Below, one piece after another: positions 60,299-64,000 of a DNA stretch of 64,000 nucleotides. The stretch is from a bacterium (GTDB taxonomy: Bacteria > UBA8248). The notes under the pieces are model-generated. The model did not search any database, was not told the origin of the DNA, and worked only from the letters and a program-made list of their open reading frames with translations. The position numbers were made by a program, and so were the translations under genes. The stretch's first letter is position 1. Each line of letters opens with the position of its first letter. The stretch is taken from NCBI GenBank assembly GCA_965221165.1, contig CBDCRP010000003.1, forward strand, positions 416,001 to 480,000, given 5' to 3'.

Positions 60299-61131
60299 TC
60301 ATCCCGGCCGTCTTTGGCCCTCAAAAACGCGCGTTCGAGCGCCTTGGAATCCGAGTCTTCCAGCAAACGGCGAAGCCCCGCCAATTCTCTCTCGAACCTG
60401 TCAAGCGCGCCCAGCAGCGCCTCCTGGTTGTCCTCACAGATTTCGCGCCACATTTCCGCTCCTGAGGATGCGATTCGCGAAAAGTCCCGAAACCCGCTGG
60501 CCGCATGCCGGAGCGCCTCGCCCTCAAGGGCTGTGTTCATCATGGCGTAGGCCACCAGATGCGGGAGATGGCTGATGTCGGCCATCACTCGATCGTGGGT
60601 TTCAGGGTCGAGAATCTCGACGTTTGCGCCCACTCCCTCCCAAAGCGCGCGCAGGCGTTCGATGGTTCCGGGATCCGTTCTCGCCGTTGGCGTCAAGATG
60701 GTCTGGTATGCATCGAAGAGAGAGGAAAAACTCGCCTCCACGCCGGATTTCTCGCCTCCGGCGACGGGATGGCTCGCCAGGAATTTCACATCCCCTAAAT
60801 CCAGCGCCTCCACCGCCCGCACGTAGGGCGCCTTTACGCTGCCCACGTCGGTCAATAGGGCCCCGGGAGCCATCTCGGGCAAGATCGCCTCCGTCACCCG
60901 CACCGCCGCACGCACCGGGGTGCACACCACAACCAGATCCGAATCGCGCACCGCCTCCAGGTGGTTCGTCTCAATGCGATCCACAACGCCCAGTTCAAGC
61001 GCACGCTCGAGGTTGCCCAGGCTCCTGCCCGCGCCGACGAATCTCGAAACGAGACATCTCTCCCGGGAGGCTCTGGCCAGAGACCCGCCGATGAGTCCTA
61101 CGCCGATGATCGTCATCTGCTCGAAAAGCAC
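60271..61131 (-). CDS. tyrA: Prephenate/arogenate dehydrogenase
   Basis: GVGLIGGS, DVGSVK, HPVAG, SHLPH, GFRDFSRIA. Confidence 0.93.
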   Translation of the reverse strand: MLFEQMTIIGVGLIGGSLARASRERCLVSRFVGAGRSLGNLERALELGVVDRIETNHLEAVRDSDLVVVCTPVRAAVRVTEAILPEMAPGALLTDVGSVKAPYVRAVEALDLGDVKFLASHPVAGGEKSGVEASFSSLFDAYQTILTPTARTDPGTIERLRALWEGVGANVEILDPETHDRVMADISHLPHLVAYAMMNTALEGEALRHAASGFRDFSRIASSGAEMWREICEDNQEALLGALDRFERELAGLRRLLEDSDSKALERAFLRAKDGRDEWARKKGWA

Positions 61132-61200
61132 CCTGACATCCTTTTCATTATTCTATAAAATACATTAAATAATATATGTATCTAGTTGTTATAATTATAT

Positions 61201-62283
61201 TTATAAAATTTTTGACAACGCAGATAGAACCTGCTCGTTCTCCTGCGGCGTGCCGATGGAAATTCGCAAATGGCGCGGAAAGCCGTATCCCGCCACGGGC
61301 CTGACGATGACGCCCTCCCTGAGCAATTCTTCGTATACCTGCATCGCTTCGCCCACCTCGACCATCATGAAATTCCCCTGCGTGGGCACGAAGGGGAGGC
61401 CCATAGCCGATAGTTCATACACGAAATACTCCCGGCCCTCGGCGTTCACCGCTACCGTCCGCTCGACGTGCTCGACATCTCCGAGAGCGGCTTGAGCGGC
61501 CACGAGGGCCAGGGAATTCACATTAAACGGCTCGCGGACGCTCTCCATCGCCTGCGCGACTTCCTCATCCGCCACGGCGTAGCCGACGCGCAGGCCAGCC
61601 AGGCCATAAACCTTCGAGAAGGTGCGCATGGCGACGAGATTCGAGAATTCGGCCAGCATCCGCGCGGCGTCGGGATAATCCTCCAAATGCGCATAGTGGC
61701 AGTAGGCCTCGTCCATCACCACGAGTGTGGTCTGCGGAATTTTTCCCAGAAATTCGCGGAGTTTCCTCTCGCCAACCGCCGTTCCCGTGGGGTTGTTGGG
61801 ATTCGCAAGGAAGACGATTTTCGTCTTTTCGCAAACCAGGTCCGCCATGGCGTCTAGGTCCTGGTGATAATCGCGCATCGGCGCGCGCCTGATCTCGCAA
61901 GAACTGAGTTGAGAGACGATGTGGTAGACGATAAAGGCGCCCTCGGAAAAAACGACGGGGTCGCCAGGGTCCAGGTACGCATGAGCCAGAATCTCCAACA
62001 CCTCGTTCGTTCCGTTGCCGAGGACGAAATTTCCAGGCTGCAACCCATGATGTTCGGCCAGCGCGTTTTTGAGATAAAAACCCCCGCCGTCGGGATAGCG
62101 GTGCAATTCCTCGATGGCGTGGTTCACGGCGTCCACCGCCTTGGGCGACGGCCCCAGAGGATTCTCGTTCGAGGCCACCTTGATGGAACCGGCGATGCCG
62201 AGTTCGCGTTCGAGCTCTTCGACCGGCTTTCCCGGCTGGTAGACGATGATGTCCGAAACGGGCTGCGCCCTTTGATATTTCAT
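61201..62283 (-). CDS. hisC: Histidinol-phosphate aminotransferase
   Basis: YQPGKP, ASNENP, NPNNPTG, DEAY, RTFSKVYGLAGLR. Confidence 0.93.
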   Translation of the reverse strand: MKYQRAQPVSDIIVYQPGKPVEELERELGIAGSIKVASNENPLGPSPKAVDAVNHAIEELHRYPDGGGFYLKNALAEHHGLQPGNFVLGNGTNEVLEILAHAYLDPGDPVVFSEGAFIVYHIVSQLSSCEIRRAPMRDYHQDLDAMADLVCEKTKIVFLANPNNPTGTAVGERKLREFLGKIPQTTLVVMDEAYCHYAHLEDYPDAARMLAEFSNLVAMRTFSKVYGLAGLRVGYAVADEEVAQAMESVREPFNVNSLALVAAQAALGDVEHVERTVAVNAEGREYFVYELSAMGLPFVPTQGNFMMVEVGEAMQVYEELLREGVIVRPVAGYGFPRHLRISIGTPQENEQVLSALSKIL

Positions 62284-62369
62284 CCCCTCTCCTCATGAGC
62301 AAAAGGCGCAAGATGCCTGTAGGTCTTCAAAATCACCCAAGTCCAACAATATCAATTTCTTGCGCGCTA

Positions 62370-63191
62370 TTATTCCAGCACGGGATAAGAACCCAGCACG
62401 CGAATAAAGTCCACCCGATTTTTCAGTCCCAGAATCCCTTGCGCAATTTCCGGATCCAACTCGTGGCCATCAATTTCCATATAGAAAACATATTCCCACG
62501 CTGCTTTTCTCGAAGGGCGGGATTCGATTTTCGTCATGTTCAGCTTTCGCTCGGCAATCGGCTCAAGCGCTTTATGGAGTGCGCCCGATTCGTTCGGCAG
62601 ACCGAAGAGCAGGCTCGTCTTCGAATACACCCCGCGTTCGGGCTTCTCGGTTCCGATGACGAAAAAGCGCGTCACGTTGATGCTCTCTGAATCCAGCTTT
62701 TCCTCCAAAATCTTCAGGCCATAGTGGTCGGCCGCCAGCCGGCTGCCCAAGGCCGCGAGCCGCGAGTCCCCCACCGCCATCTTCGCCGCCAGCGAGGTGC
62801 TCAACACCTCTTCCGTCTTGACGCCCGAGGCATTTTCCCGAAGCCAGCGCCGGCACTGAGCCACTGCGTGGGGATGGCTGAGAATGCGCTCAAGCTCCCG
62901 GATCGACCCTGCGTTCGTGAGCAGGTGGATGTCGATAGGCAGCCGGATTTCGCCCTCCACCAGCAAAGGGGATTCCAGCAGCCTGTCCAGAGTAATGTTG
63001 ACCGTACCCTCGATCGCATTCTCTATCGGCACTACGCCCCACCGGGAGCGACGACCTTCCACCTCATCGAAAACGGCATCGATACTCGGCTCGGGCGTGA
63101 GGGTGGCTCCATCACCAAAGCGCAGTATCGCAGCTTCGTGCGTGAAGGTAGCCTCCGGCCCCAGATAGCTGACTCTCGGCAGTTCGCTCAT
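62370..63191 (-). CDS. pheA: Prephenate dehydratase (monofunctional; no chorismate mutase domain)
   Basis: LGPEATFT, PIENAIEG, NVTRF, KIESRP; alternative GTG start at 63221. Confidence 0.9.
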   Translation of the reverse strand: MSELPRVSYLGPEATFTHEAAILRFGDGATLTPEPSIDAVFDEVEGRRSRWGVVPIENAIEGTVNITLDRLLESPLLVEGEIRLPIDIHLLTNAGSIRELERILSHPHAVAQCRRWLRENASGVKTEEVLSTSLAAKMAVGDSRLAALGSRLAADHYGLKILEEKLDSESINVTRFFVIGTEKPERGVYSKTSLLFGLPNESGALHKALEPIAERKLNMTKIESRPSRKAAWEYVFYMEIDGHELDPEIAQGILGLKNRVDFIRVLGSYPVLE

Positions 63192-63340
63192 AACCAACAC
63201 CCCGCTTTCCAGAATGTCCACTCCAAGAACCGGGCTATCCTACCCCAAGGCCCACCGATTGTGAACGCCCAAAAGCTCTGGCAAACTAACCCCGGCCTTC
63301 GAAAAACATTCAATGTTCATACGAAATCGTGAGGAAAAAC

Positions 63341-64000
63341 ATGAAGATTACAGATGTGGAAGCATACATGCTCACCGGCCCGCCGGAGGAGCGTGGCCAC
63401 TGGGTCAGCCATTACCCCGTTCACCAGGCGAACGAGCTACTGATTCGGCTCAAAACCGACGATGGGCTGGAGGGTTTCGGCCTGGGCAGCAGCCGCCTCC
63501 TCATCATGGGCGCGGCCGAGATGTTCAACGAAGGACTCAAGGAAATCATCATCGGCGAAGACGCCCTCGCTCCCGAGAGGCTCTATGAAAAGATTTTCTC
63601 CATCACCCACCAAAAGATCGCCTTTCTGAAGGAGTGGTCCCGAAACGGACTGCTCATCACCAGCGCGGCCATCGACCTCGCCATGTGGGATATTCTCGGA
63701 AAAGCCTCCGGGCAGCCCTTGTTTCGACTCTTCGGCGGATATCGGGAGGAAGTCCCCTGCTACGTCACCTGCGCCTATTACCGCGACGGAAAAGATTTGG
63801 GTGAGTTGCGCGAGGAGATGGAAATGCTCAAGGCTCAGGGGCACAGGGCGTTCAAGGCGAAAATCGGCGGCGCGTCGCTCGATGAGGATATGGCGCGGCT
63901 GCGGGTCATCCGCGAGGTCATCGGTGATGACGCCCAGCTCATGCTCGACGTGAACGGCGCCTGGGATCTGCCCACCGCCATCGAGGGAGCACGCCTGCTC
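63341..64000 (+). CDS. Mandelate racemase/muconate lactonizing enzyme family protein, partial
   Basis: Hand-translated from ATG 63341 (GAGG RBS): MKITDVEA..., AIDLAMWDILGKASGQP, FKAKIG, LMLDVNG; runs off the window end. Confidence 0.88.
   Translation, partial: MKITDVEAYMLTGPPEERGHWVSHYPVHQANELLIRLKTDDGLEGFGLGSSRLLIMGAAEMFNEGLKEIIIGEDALAPERLYEKIFSITHQKIAFLKEWSRNGLLITSAAIDLAMWDILGKASGQPLFRLFGGYREEVPCYVTCAYYRDGKDLGELREEMEMLKAQGHRAFKAKIGGASLDEDMARLRVIREVIGDDAQLMLDVNGAWDLPTAIEGARLL

Overview
Mostly core chromosome of a GC-rich diderm bacterium, with gene orders like those of deltaproteobacteria/Nitrospinota-type lineages (inference from synteny only). It holds folate/pantothenate genes (folK, panC); the DapL-type lysine pathway (dapL, dapB, dapF, lysA) and argH; an ECF sigma/anti-sigma/Spy-CpxP cluster; and a split F0 ATP-synthase locus (atpZ-atpI-atpB-atpE) followed by rex and tsaB. 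Next come a tandem double acetohydroxyacid synthase operon (2 large + 2 small subunits), psd-pssA, lptD, ugd/uxs/gmhA, purBCSQLF, mltD-bamD-sigma70-pgsA-plsY and tRNA-Leu(CAA). The end carries ilvE, nadX, aroC/aroK/miaA, a macro domain, ihfB-rpsA-cmk-tyrA-hisC-pheA and a partial enolase-superfamily gene. No transposase, integrase, prophage or CRISPR array is visible. Most interesting: (1) an accessory patch between dapL and dapB with a 7Fe-ferredoxin fused through a transmembrane helix to an unknown extracytoplasmic domain, beside an AT-rich secreted 8-Cys protein with near mirror-symmetric Cys spacing; (2) a structured ilvB leader with mutually exclusive pairings and a terminator; (3) a REP-like cluster in which two different palindromes carry the same nested hairpin; (4) a small FYVE-like double zinc finger. 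rex and ilvE each have a single-base frameshift, probably sequencing error.
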